A stretch of 57,525 nucleotides of DNA from Clostridia bacterium. Lineage in GTDB: Bacteria; Bacillota; Clostridia; TANB77; CAG-465. Position 1 is the first letter of the stretch, and each line of letters opens with the position of its first letter. The position numbers and the translations under genes were made by a program. Below the pieces are notes generated by a model. It saw only the letters and a program-made list of their open reading frames with translations. It searched no databases and was not told the DNA's origin. The stretch lies in contig JAZSRF010000082.1 in assembly GCA_045538335.1 (NCBI GenBank), positions 1-57,525 on the forward strand. Reading direction: 5' to 3'. This document shows positions 14,197 to 23,558 of this stretch, one piece after another.

Positions 14197-16293
14197 TTAA
14201 ACGTCTTTAGCAGATAATTTGAAACGTCCTTGTTCTTTATCTACTTCTATAACTTTTACCATTATCTCTTGTCCAACAGAAAGCTTATCTTCTATTTTAG
14301 CTATTCTTTCTTTAGATATTTGAGATATGTGTAATAGTCCTTCTTTGTTAGGTAATACTTCAACTATTGCAAATGCTGGCATAATTTTTGTAACTTTACC
14401 CATGTAAACAGCACCTTGTTCAACTTCTTCAGTTAATCCTACGATTATAGTTAAAGCTTTCATTATCATTTCTTCATCCATGCCATATACAAATACTGTA
14501 CCGTCATCTTCGATATCAATTTTAACACCAGTTTCTTCAATAATTTTGTTTATTGTTTTACCACCAGAACCTATAACATCTTTTATCTTTTCTGGATCTA
14601 TTTTTATTGTCTTAATCTTAGGAGCATATGCTGATACGTGTTCTCTTGGTTCAGGGATTGCTTTTAACATAACTTCGTCTAGTATATATTGTCTAGCTTT
14701 GTTTGTTCTTGCAAAAGCTTCCTCTATTATTTCATATGACAGACCATCAACTTTAATGTCTACTTGAATTGCAGTAATACCTTTTTTAGTACCACCAACT
14801 TTAAAGTCCATATCGCCAAAGAAGTCTTCTATTCCTTGAATATCTGTTACCATTATATAATCTTCAGAATCTTCTTTAGTGAATAATCCTGTAGAAATAC
14901 CAGCAACTGGAGCTTTAATTGGAACACCTGCTGCCATAAGGGCCATAGTTGAACCACAAATGCTTCCTTGTGAAGTTGAACCATTTGAACTTAATACTTC
15001 AGACACAACTCTTATTGCATAAGGGAATTCTTCTACTGATGGTATAACTGGTTCTAATGCACGTTCTGCAAGTGCACCGTGACCAATTTCACGTCTTCCT
15101 GGTCCTCTTGTTGGTCTTGCTTCACCTACACTGTATGGTGGGAAGTTATAATGATGAATATATCTCTTTGTTTCTTCTTCATCCAAACCATCTAATGTTT
15201 GTTCATCAGATTTAGGTCCAAGAGTTACTATAGATAATACTTGAGTTTGTCCTCTTGAGAAAAGTGCACTTCCATGTGTTCTTGGAAGTAGATCTACTTC
15301 TGCAGATAATGGACGTATTTCATCAAATGTTCTTCCATCTGGACGTTTTGATTCGTTAATTATCATATTACGAACATTTTTCTTTTCTAGTCTGTAAACA
15401 ATTTCAGCTATATCTTTTTTAGCTTCGTTATATGCTTCTTCACCATGCGCTTCAATATAGTATGCTTTAATTTCTTCATTAACGTTAGCCATATTCTCAT
15501 CACGAACTACTTTATCTGTAGTTTGAAGTGCTGCATATACTTTATCATTAAATCTTTCTTTTAATTCTTCAAACATTTCTGCCGGTACATCAAAAGATTT
15601 GTAAGAAGCTTTTGGTTTACCAATTTCTTTCTTTATACCTTCAATAAATTCAACAACTTTTTTAATTTCTTCATGTGCTAGTTTTATAGCTTCAAGCATA
15701 ACGTCGTCTGGTACTTCGTTTGCTCCTGCTTCTATCATACAAACTTTTTCCTTAGTTGCTGCAACTGTTAAATCTAGGTCAGATTTTTCTCTATCTGCAA
15801 GACCTGGGTTAACAATTAGTTTGCCATCAACTAAACCAACTTTAGCTGCACCTACTACTCTATCGAATGGTATGTCAGAAATGTTAAGTGCTATAGATGC
15901 CCCAAGCATTGCTGGTACTTCTGGAAGTACATCTGGATCCATACACATAGCAACTGCATTAATTGCTGTGTCATTTCTGTAATCTTTAGGGAATAGTGGT
16001 CTCATAGGTCTGTCTATAACCCTTGATACAAGGATAGCCTTGTCTGTTGGCCTTCCTTCTCTTTTAATAAAGCCACCTGGTATTTTACCTACTGCATATA
16101 GTCTTTCTTCATAGTCTACAGATAAAGGTAAAAAATCTATACCATCTCTTGGCTCTTTTGACATTGTAGCGTTAACTAAAACGCAAGTGTCTCCGTATCT
16201 TACTAGACACGAACCGTTTGCAAGTCCTGCCATTTTTCCTGTTTCAATAACAAGTGGTCTGCCTGCAAATTCTGTTTCAAATTTTCTAAACAT
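14197..16293 (-). CDS. pnp: Polyribonucleotide nucleotidyltransferase (PNPase)
   Basis: 698 aa. Two RNase PH domains, KH (GSGGKTINKI) and S1 C-terminal domain. Confidence 0.97.
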   Translation of the reverse strand: MFRKFETEFAGRPLVIETGKMAGLANGSCLVRYGDTCVLVNATMSKEPRDGIDFLPLSVDYEERLYAVGKIPGGFIKREGRPTDKAILVSRVIDRPMRPLFPKDYRNDTAINAVAMCMDPDVLPEVPAMLGASIALNISDIPFDRVVGAAKVGLVDGKLIVNPGLADREKSDLDLTVAATKEKVCMIEAGANEVPDDVMLEAIKLAHEEIKKVVEFIEGIKKEIGKPKASYKSFDVPAEMFEELKERFNDKVYAALQTTDKVVRDENMANVNEEIKAYYIEAHGEEAYNEAKKDIAEIVYRLEKKNVRNMIINESKRPDGRTFDEIRPLSAEVDLLPRTHGSALFSRGQTQVLSIVTLGPKSDEQTLDGLDEEETKRYIHHYNFPPYSVGEARPTRGPGRREIGHGALAERALEPVIPSVEEFPYAIRVVSEVLSSNGSTSQGSICGSTMALMAAGVPIKAPVAGISTGLFTKEDSEDYIMVTDIQGIEDFFGDMDFKVGGTKKGITAIQVDIKVDGLSYEIIEEAFARTNKARQYILDEVMLKAIPEPREHVSAYAPKIKTIKIDPEKIKDVIGSGGKTINKIIEETGVKIDIEDDGTVFVYGMDEEMIMKALTIIVGLTEEVEQGAVYMGKVTKIMPAFAIVEVLPNKEGLLHISQISKERIAKIEDKLSVGQEIMVKVIEVDKEQGRFKLSAKDV

Positions 16294-16321
16294 AAAATGT
16301 TCCTCCTTCTAGCTTCTTTTT

Positions 16322-16386
16322 AAGGAAGTAATAATTTCTAAAGCCTGTACTTTAAAGCCTCACAAATTATTACTACCTCTTCCTAA
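16322..16386 (-). promoter_or_regulatory. Long hairpin in the pnp 5' leader
   Basis: GTAATAATTT/AAATTATTAC core stem extended by GGAAG/CTTCC. Lies between the promoter and the GGAGG SD. Confidence 0.35.
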
Positions 16387-16398
16387 AAAGCTACGTAT

Positions 16399-16427
16399 AT
16401 TATACTATACTAATACGTACTTTGCAA
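16399..16427 (-). promoter_or_regulatory. pnp promoter
   Basis: Minus strand TTGCAA(16427..16422)-17 nt-TATAAT(16404..16399). Confidence 0.55.
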
Positions 16428-16529
16428 GAAATTTAAAGCTATATTTTTATGACTACAAAACCAAATAGTTATCTATATATAAATCTAACGTAAAAAGTTA
16501 GCAAAGACTTTATCCTTGCTAACTTTTAA

Positions 16530-17639
16530 TTACATATCTAATGTGTTTATCACATTACCTATTCCAGAAACAATCTCATTTATACTTTGTAATATAACGA
16601 AAGGTTCATAAATCTGCTGCTTATCCAAAATTTCCTTTTCCAAATCAATTTTAAATATATGATGTGCAGGGAATCTTATATATGTTGTACTATTTTTTAT
16701 TACTATGTCAAAACGCATCCCATACTCTTTATATAGATTTAATATCACATTTGTTACATCATGTGTTAATATTCTTGTTGCTAGTATTCTATCTTCAGCT
16801 TTTATAGAAAAATATTTTTCAAATTCATTATTATCTACTTGGTATTCAGCTTCAAAATCGTCTAAAACATTTAAAGTATTTAAAACTTCTATTCGTGAAT
16901 TTATATTTAATTTATTACAAATTATCGCAAAGACACCACCAAACGTAATAGCTCCTTTATGATATGTTACAATATCGCACATTTCTACATATGTGTTACC
17001 CATTCTTCCTACTATATAGTCTTCTGAATTTATAGCTTCTAAAGTCTCATTATCAAAACTGGCCATATCATACTGTTCTTTTGCTTTTACACCAAACGTG
17101 TCATTCGGACTATATTCTAAATTAGAATTAAATGCGCTTATAACATACCTCATTATTTCTTGTTTATATTGCAACTTATAATGTTTCTTTAGTTTATTCT
17201 GTTTATATTTAAAATATATACACATAACAAATAGAGCCAAACAAATTACCAATATTATTATTAATCTACTAATTATAAAATTTACCGGAATCATAGCGAT
17301 AATAAATAACAACGCATTGGCTATTATAAGGCATGAAGTTATTGTATCATAGATCTTTATTTGTTTACGTATTATTTCTAAAGCTTCAAAATCTTGTTTA
17401 CATAATATATTATAAGACTCTTCAAATTTAGTAGTATACTGCTGACTTTTAATTTTCTTTTTATATTTTATATAACAATTATATATAATAATCCATACAA
17501 ATAAAATCGCTATAATAGTGCCTGTCATAACGCCATAATACTCACCTATGCTTTGTAAGTCAAAGATAGGTTTTAAAAGAGCAATTACGATAATTATAGC
17601 GAAATATGATATTACTAAAATTTTAATTATTTTTTTCAT
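16530..17639 (-). CDS. Membrane protein with N-terminal TM pairs and a C-terminal globular domain (DUF3137-like architecture, tentative)
   Basis: Start moved to MKKIIK (AAGGAG-N8-ATG at 17639). Several TM helices followed by a ~200-aa soluble domain. Confidence 0.5.
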   Translation of the reverse strand: MKKIIKILVISYFAIIIVIALLKPIFDLQSIGEYYGVMTGTIIAILFVWIIIYNCYIKYKKKIKSQQYTTKFEESYNILCKQDFEALEIIRKQIKIYDTITSCLIIANALLFIIAMIPVNFIISRLIIILVICLALFVMCIYFKYKQNKLKKHYKLQYKQEIMRYVISAFNSNLEYSPNDTFGVKAKEQYDMASFDNETLEAINSEDYIVGRMGNTYVEMCDIVTYHKGAITFGGVFAIICNKLNINSRIEVLNTLNVLDDFEAEYQVDNNEFEKYFSIKAEDRILATRILTHDVTNVILNLYKEYGMRFDIVIKNSTTYIRFPAHHIFKIDLEKEILDKQQIYEPFVILQSINEIVSGIGNVINTLDM

Positions 17640-17777
17640 TAAACTAACTCCTTTAGTTTCTAATGGTATGATATTATCACATTGATATATCTTTTTCAAC
17701 TTATCCATCTTATAATTTATAATTACTTATTGAACTTAAAAGACAACCATTCACTTTAACGAATAGTTGTCTTATTG

Positions 17778-18626
17778 CTATTTAAGTTCTAATATTTTTT
17801 CTACAGTAAGCCCTGTTGCTTTAGATATAATCTCTACATCTAGTCCCATATCTAGCATATTTTTAGCAGTTTGTATATTTGCTTTTTCTTCACCTTGTTT
17901 CTGGCCTTTCTCTAAAGCAAAATCTAGTGCTGCAGCTTCATCTCTTATGTATTTTTCTTTTAGTTCTGCTATTCTTCTTAATTTATAATCACCACTTACT
18001 TGCTTTAGTTCTTCACGTGCGTTTTTTATATTCTCATTTTTATCCATAATATTACAAACCTCCTTGCTATTCGGATTATCCAAAAACATCATCCATTGGC
18101 TTATTGTATTATTATTGTTCTTTTCATATATTCTTTTTGCTTTTGGTAATTCTATTATAACAAGTTCAAATCTATCTGTCAATATTTTACCACCAGTTGT
18201 GTTATCTCTCATCTGCCATCTTACATTTAAATCCTCTACTCCTTTTAATGCTTCTACTTCATGGTCAACTATAACTATACTTATTGTTTTATGTATTTTC
18301 TTGTATTTATCACCCCTTTCTAATTGCCTTGAATATGCGTCTGAAAGATAATATAAAAATCTTTCATTTTCATATTGATACTGTTTTAATTGTATTTCCA
18401 CATTACAATATGTTCCGTCTTCAAATCTTACTCTTAAATCCATTACACCTAGTTTTTCATTTGCTGCTACAATATCTAAGTGTCTATCTAAGTTTTCTAT
18501 TATTTTCACTTTTGTTTCTAAAATGTCACTTAACATCGCTTCTAAAAGTGTATTGTTTGCTCTTCTAAACAATGCATGAAATACGACATCTATCTTTGGC
18601 CTTAATAACAACTCATTTCGACTCAT
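17778..18626 (-). CDS. Rpn/YhgA-like PD-(D/E)XK nuclease (putative transposase family)
   Basis: LRPKIDVVFHALF, GVMDLRVRFEDGTYCNVEIQ (D...E.Q nuclease core), FLYYLSDAYSRQL. Start at MSRNEL with AAGGAG SD. Confidence 0.7.
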   Translation of the reverse strand: MSRNELLLRPKIDVVFHALFRRANNTLLEAMLSDILETKVKIIENLDRHLDIVAANEKLGVMDLRVRFEDGTYCNVEIQLKQYQYENERFLYYLSDAYSRQLERGDKYKKIHKTISIVIVDHEVEALKGVEDLNVRWQMRDNTTGGKILTDRFELVIIELPKAKRIYEKNNNNTISQWMMFLDNPNSKEVCNIMDKNENIKNAREELKQVSGDYKLRRIAELKEKYIRDEAAALDFALEKGQKQGEEKANIQTAKNMLDMGLDVEIISKATGLTVEKILELK

Positions 18627-18871
18627 AAAAAATCTCTCCTTATTACTTTGTAACAAGGCCTTGTATATATTTGTTTATTAATTTCTTTTGGGTAAATTAG
18701 ACAAATAATACGAGTGCATTATTTACTAATAAGAAATAAAAATCTAGATTGAATGTAATTAATTACTTCTGTTTTTGAAAAAATTCATATTAATATGTTA
18801 CATATAAAATATCACGGAAAACAAGCAATGTCAAGAAAAATCTTACGACAGACTTCGACAAAAATGAGTGT

Positions 18872-18911
18872 TTTCAAAAAAAGAGATAGCAAAGATTAAA
18901 TCTTCACTATC
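18872..18911 (-). terminator. Terminator after the P-type ATPase gene
   Basis: Stem 18885..18895/18901..18911. Two + strand mismatches become G.U pairs on the minus RNA. Followed by CUCUUUUUUUG. Confidence 0.65.
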
Positions 18912-18919
18912 CCTTTTTA

Positions 18920-20992
18920 TTATTTCTTCTTCAAAATTCTAACACTATTTAAAATCGTAATTAGTGTTACTCCTACGTCAGCAAACACAGCAATTAGCAT
19001 ATTAGTTAAGCCAAACAAGCTAAGTGTTAAGAAGGTAATTTTCATTCCCAATGCAAATACTAGATTTTGTTTTATAATCCTATTTGTATATTTAGAAATG
19101 TCTATAGCCTCTTTAACCTTTGAAATTTCATCTGTCATAATTACTACATCAGACGCTTCAATACTGCTACTTACCCCAACACCACCCATTGAAATTCCAA
19201 TGTCTGCTCTTGCTATAACGGGCGAGTCGTTGATTCCATCGCCTACAAATGCAACTTTATCCTGTTCATTAGTTTTAGCAGTAATTAAAGCTTCCAATTT
19301 TTCATACTTATCTTGTGGCAAAAGTTCAGCTGAAACATTTTCTATTCCAACTTCACTAGCTACATTTTGTGCAACAGATATATTGTCTCCAGTAAACATA
19401 TGAATATTTATGTTTTGCTTCTTGAGGTTATTTAATGTTTCTTTTACACCAACTTTAACCTTATCCTTAAGCTCAACACTACCTATAGTTTTGCCGTCTA
19501 CAGAAACGTATATTACAGTCACGCCAGCAGCTTGGTTAGTACCATCTGCACCTACTAATTTTTCGTTACCAATAAGCACAGTTTTTCCTTCAAACTTAAA
19601 GTTAATTCCAAGTCCCGCAATTTCTTTATGTTCAGTAACTTGTTTGGTATCTAGTTTTTCTTCATTTCCTTCAAGAATAGCTTTAGCTATTGGATGGTTA
19701 GAAAAACTTTCTCCCAGTTTACAAAGTGTTAATACTTGTTCTTTAGTGTAAGCATCATCCAAAACATTTACTTTATCTATTCCAAACTTACCAGTAGTAA
19801 TTGTTCCTGTCTTATCCATTACAAGTGTTTTAATTCCTCTTAAGGCATCTAAATAGTCACTACCCTTAATAAGAATACCACTTGATGACGCTTTTCCTAT
19901 TCCACAAAAATAACTAAGTGGTACAGAGATTGCTATGGCACAAGGACAAGATATTACTAGAAACATTAATGCTCTATATATACTTTCACTATACGTTACA
20001 CTTGTTACAAGTGGCATAAAAGCACCAACTGTAATAGATAGTATCATAACTATTGGAACATATACTTTTGCCAAACGAGCAACAAAGTTTTCTGTTTTTG
20101 CTTTTCTGTCTGTTGCATTTTCTGTAAGCTCTAAAATTCTACTCACAGTACTGTTTACATAGGTGCTTGTTGCTTCTATCTCAATTGTACTACCAACATT
20201 TACACTGCCAGATAAAATCTCATCACCTACACCTACAGAAACATACATTGATTCACCTGTAAGAACAGATTTGTCTAGTTTAGTTTTACCCCTAACTACT
20301 TTTCCATCTACAGGCACTTTTTCTCCTGCTTTGATGACCAAGATATCCCCAATTTCAACTTCTTCTGGTGAAATTGTTACAACACTATTAAAGTCACGTA
20401 CATTAGCATATTCTGGTCTAATGTTCATAAGCTCTTTAATACTTTTTCTTGTGTTGTTTACAGCACGTGCTTCAAGAATTTTACCTATATCATAAAGTGC
20501 TAAAACCATCATACCTTCCATAGGTTTAGAAATTAAATATGCACCTATTGCAGAGATACAAATTAATGCACTCTCGTCTATAGTTTTATTCTTTAACTTT
20601 TTAATTGCTGTAATAAACGTCTTATACATTAAAAGAACATATGAAATAATAATACATATTGTACTTACTAAACTTATCTTTATTGCAAAAGACAGTCCTG
20701 CAAAAACAATTCCTATAACAAGTACAATTAAATCAATGTTTATTTTATTTGACTTTTCCTCATTTTCTTTCTTACTACTAACCTCAACGGCTCCCACTCC
20801 AGGTATCACTCTAGATACTAGTGCATTTACATTAGGCTTCTCGTCTTCATTTTCTACTTCAAAAGAAAGTGTTGATGTACCAAAGTTTACTACTACATTT
20901 TTGAGCGAGTTACTTCTTTTTAATGCATCCTCTATTTTTCTTGCACAGTTTGCACAATCTAAGTTAGTTAACTCATATCTATACTTCTTCAT
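18920..20992 (-). CDS. Heavy-metal (Cd/Zn/Co-type) translocating P1B-type ATPase
   Basis: N-terminal HMA motif CANCARKIE, CPC motif (SCPCAIAIS), DKTGTIT phosphorylation site, GDGINDSP. Confidence 0.92.
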   Translation of the reverse strand: MKKYRYELTNLDCANCARKIEDALKRSNSLKNVVVNFGTSTLSFEVENEDEKPNVNALVSRVIPGVGAVEVSSKKENEEKSNKINIDLIVLVIGIVFAGLSFAIKISLVSTICIIISYVLLMYKTFITAIKKLKNKTIDESALICISAIGAYLISKPMEGMMVLALYDIGKILEARAVNNTRKSIKELMNIRPEYANVRDFNSVVTISPEEVEIGDILVIKAGEKVPVDGKVVRGKTKLDKSVLTGESMYVSVGVGDEILSGSVNVGSTIEIEATSTYVNSTVSRILELTENATDRKAKTENFVARLAKVYVPIVMILSITVGAFMPLVTSVTYSESIYRALMFLVISCPCAIAISVPLSYFCGIGKASSSGILIKGSDYLDALRGIKTLVMDKTGTITTGKFGIDKVNVLDDAYTKEQVLTLCKLGESFSNHPIAKAILEGNEEKLDTKQVTEHKEIAGLGINFKFEGKTVLIGNEKLVGADGTNQAAGVTVIYVSVDGKTIGSVELKDKVKVGVKETLNNLKKQNINIHMFTGDNISVAQNVASEVGIENVSAELLPQDKYEKLEALITAKTNEQDKVAFVGDGINDSPVIARADIGISMGGVGVSSSIEASDVVIMTDEISKVKEAIDISKYTNRIIKQNLVFALGMKITFLTLSLFGLTNMLIAVFADVGVTLITILNSVRILKKK

Positions 20993-21112
20993 AAAAGTCT
21001 CCTTTCAAAGCAAATATATTTTATGAAAATATATTAACACCCAAAAGTACTATTTGTCAAGAATAGACATATCTTATTAAACAAATTTCATATATTAATT
21101 TAGGTGAAAATT

Positions 21113-22624
21113 GTGAAAATTTTAACTACTGCAACTCTTAAAAAATCCAAATTATTTGTTATAAACAGCGCTATAATTATGCTAAGTGCACTAATAATTA
21201 AAATAATCTCTTCTACTTTTGATATTTTCCTAGCTAACAAAATAGGAGCTGAAGCCATAGGCGTTTATTCCCTTATAATGTCTATATATATGTTTGCTGT
21301 AACTATTGCAACTTCAGGAGTAAACTTAGCTGCTACTAAAGTAATATCCGAAGAATTAGAAAAAAATAACAGTGGTAACGTACCAAGAATTGTTAAACGT
21401 TGTTTTTTGTATAGCTTTTTAATGGGAGTTTTTGCATGCATACTACTTATAACATTTGCTCCATATATATGTGAGCATTGGCTAATGGATAAAGTATCTT
21501 GTACTGTTATTTACGCACTAGCTATATCCCTTCCATTTGTTTCTATGACATCTGCAATTTCAGGATATTTTTTAGCCGTCCGTAATGTACTTAGAACATC
21601 CATATCTCAAATTGCAGGGCAACTTATGCGTATTGGGATAGTATTTATACTTGTTATGTATATATTTCCAAATAGCATTAATAACTCTGCCCTAGCTCTT
21701 GTTATAGGGGGAACTGTAAGCGAAATTATTTCTTTTATATTTTTATACATTACATATGCAAAAGATAAGAAAAAGCATAACATGTTAAAAGATAAAAACG
21801 CTAAACTTACAAAACGCATCCTTAAGATTTCTCTACCTATTGCAATTACTTCATATATACGTTCTGGACTTAATACATTAAAACAAATAATTATACCTAT
21901 TAGGCTTAAACTGTCCGGTATGTCTTATACAAAAGCAATTGCTGAATATGGCATTATATGCGGTATGGCTATTCCAATAATAATGTTTCCAAGTGTTATT
22001 GTGTATTCATATAGTTCTTTACTTGTTCCGGAATTTTCTAGATTCAGTGTACATGAAGATAAATCTGTTATGCGAAGAAATATTAGTAAAATGTTTAAGA
22101 TAACATTATACTTTTCTATTGCTATAGCTGGAATTTTAATGTACTTTGGAAAAGATATTGGAAACCTTTTATACAACACACAAGATGTTGGTTGGTATAT
22201 AAAAATAATGGCACCACTTATTGTTCTTATGTATTTAGATAATGTCATAGATAACATTTTAAAAGGACTTGGAAAACAAATTAGCGTTATGTGTTGTAAT
22301 ATCTTAGACCTAGTAATATCTGTATCTTTTATATATTTTCTTCTCCCTATATTTGGAAGCACAGGATATATTATAGTAATGTACATAAGTGAAATACTAA
22401 ATTATACGATTAGTGTTGTTACACTCTTTAAAGAAACCGAGCTTAAATTTAAATATTTTGAATGGGTTATACTTCCTGTTATATCTATAGGCATTTCCTT
22501 AATTATATCTAGCATATTTAGTTTTTCATATTTAGGAACCCTATCCGCTTTAATACTAAAAATTCTAATATGTATATTGTTCTATGTTTGTTTACTACTA
22601 CTTTTTAAAACTACAAAACATTGA
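21113..22624 (+). CDS. spoVB: MOP-superfamily flippase, SpoVB-like (stage V sporulation protein B / polysaccharide biosynthesis protein)
   Basis: About 14 TM helices, with N-terminal region typical of SpoVB/MurJ-like proteins. Start placed at the second GTG (AGGTGA SD at 21102..21107). The ORF track starts at 21104. Confidence 0.7.
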   Translation: MKILTTATLKKSKLFVINSAIIMLSALIIKIISSTFDIFLANKIGAEAIGVYSLIMSIYMFAVTIATSGVNLAATKVISEELEKNNSGNVPRIVKRCFLYSFLMGVFACILLITFAPYICEHWLMDKVSCTVIYALAISLPFVSMTSAISGYFLAVRNVLRTSISQIAGQLMRIGIVFILVMYIFPNSINNSALALVIGGTVSEIISFIFLYITYAKDKKKHNMLKDKNAKLTKRILKISLPIAITSYIRSGLNTLKQIIIPIRLKLSGMSYTKAIAEYGIICGMAIPIIMFPSVIVYSYSSLLVPEFSRFSVHEDKSVMRRNISKMFKITLYFSIAIAGILMYFGKDIGNLLYNTQDVGWYIKIMAPLIVLMYLDNVIDNILKGLGKQISVMCCNILDLVISVSFIYFLLPIFGSTGYIIVMYISEILNYTISVVTLFKETELKFKYFEWVILPVISIGISLIISSIFSFSYLGTLSALILKILICILFYVCLLLLFKTTKH

Positions 22625-22649
22625 CAATATCTATACCTTGTGATATAAT
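22621..22649 (+). promoter_or_regulatory. Perfect consensus promoter for the 22716 orphan
   Basis: TTGACA(22621..22626)-17 nt-TATAAT(22644..22649), with TGa extended -10. Confidence 0.6.
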
Positions 22650-22715
22650 TAGTACGTATAAAAATTTAAGAGTAACAATAATTAATGTTACTTACTAAAA
22701 GGAGGAAACACATCT

Positions 22716-23153
22716 ATGGAAACTACTTATGAATGTGCTTCGTGCAAACGTACAAATGTTAAACTTTGGCGTCCCTATGGTTATTCTTCCCCTCTTGTAT
22801 GTGCCTGTTGTTTAGAAACTCGGCAATCACCATTCGAATATGACGAAGTAACCTGGGAAAAATCTGATAATGGAAATTACATAGGAAACCCCACTGGTAG
22901 AAAAATTCAAGGCAAAAGATGGGTTGTAGATAACCTTGGCAGAGTTCCCTCATACCACGGGCCTGTTCCTGAAGGAGTAACACAATTTATGACAGACCAG
23001 TTACTCGCAAACATCGAAGATATTGACAAGGCTTGGTCGTCAGAAAACACTACAATGATACCAGCAATTCCTAGTGACGATGGACTTTTCTGGTGTTATA
23101 ACTCGGTTCCTAAAGACAAAGTTACTTGGTGGGAATCGTTACCGACTAGATAA
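22716..23153 (+). CDS. Hypothetical protein, 145 aa, Cys/Trp-rich, GC-richer orphan
   Basis: AAAGGAGG SD. N-terminal CxxC...CxxC pattern (CASCKR...CACC). No family recognised. Confidence 0.55.
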   Translation: METTYECASCKRTNVKLWRPYGYSSPLVCACCLETRQSPFEYDEVTWEKSDNGNYIGNPTGRKIQGKRWVVDNLGRVPSYHGPVPEGVTQFMTDQLLANIEDIDKAWSSENTTMIPAIPSDDGLFWCYNSVPKDKVTWWESLPTR

Positions 23154-23170
23154 AAATACAATTTACTATA

Positions 23171-23205
23171 AATAGCGTATAAGCAAATGCTTATACGCTA
23201 TTTAT
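23171..23205 (+). terminator. Hairpin after the 22716 orphan
   Basis: AATAGCGTATAAGC/GCTTATACGCTATT 14-bp stem with loop AAAT. Weak T tail. Confidence 0.5.
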
Positions 23206-23241
23206 ATACAAAAAAGAACTAACAAAATGTTAGCTCCAATT

Positions 23242-23326
23242 TGGTGCGAGTGATAGGACTTGAACCTACACACCGGTTGGTACCAGATTCTAAGTCTGGC
23301 GCGTCTGCCAATTCCGCCACACTCGC
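23242..23326 (-). tRNA. tRNA-Leu (anticodon UAG), CCA encoded
   Basis: Minus strand GCGAGTG...GCGGAATTGGCAGACGCG...CCAGA-CTTAGAA-TCTGG, a long variable arm, GGTTCAAGTCC, then CACTCGC-A-CCA. Class II tRNA cloverleaf. Confidence 0.88.
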
Positions 23327-23558
23327 GACCGTACATATATATTAACATAGCATAAAAAAAAAGTCAACAAAGATTTTTAATTTTTCTAAAAAAACTATCA
23401 ATTTTATATAAATATTATCCCACTATTCACTTCTTTGTCTAAAAATGTCCTTTTCTGTTGTATTTTTATTTACATTGTGTTAGAATTCTTTAGAAATCCA
23501 ATTTAGTATGCTTAATAATTAAAGCATAAAACTACAACTTTTGAAGGGAGCTATATTT

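Noticed and set aside
23541-23558. N-terminal extensions from alternative TTG/GTG starts in the ORF track. Examples: glgP 23541, murE 45280, pbp 47550, rmuC 32862, ABC ATPase 30663, 53706, 28060, 32540, 18656, 17708, 1750.
   Set aside because: In each case an internal ATG, or for spoVB a GTG, is preceded by a well-spaced GGAGG-type SD. The extension either overlaps that SD or runs into the upstream terminator.
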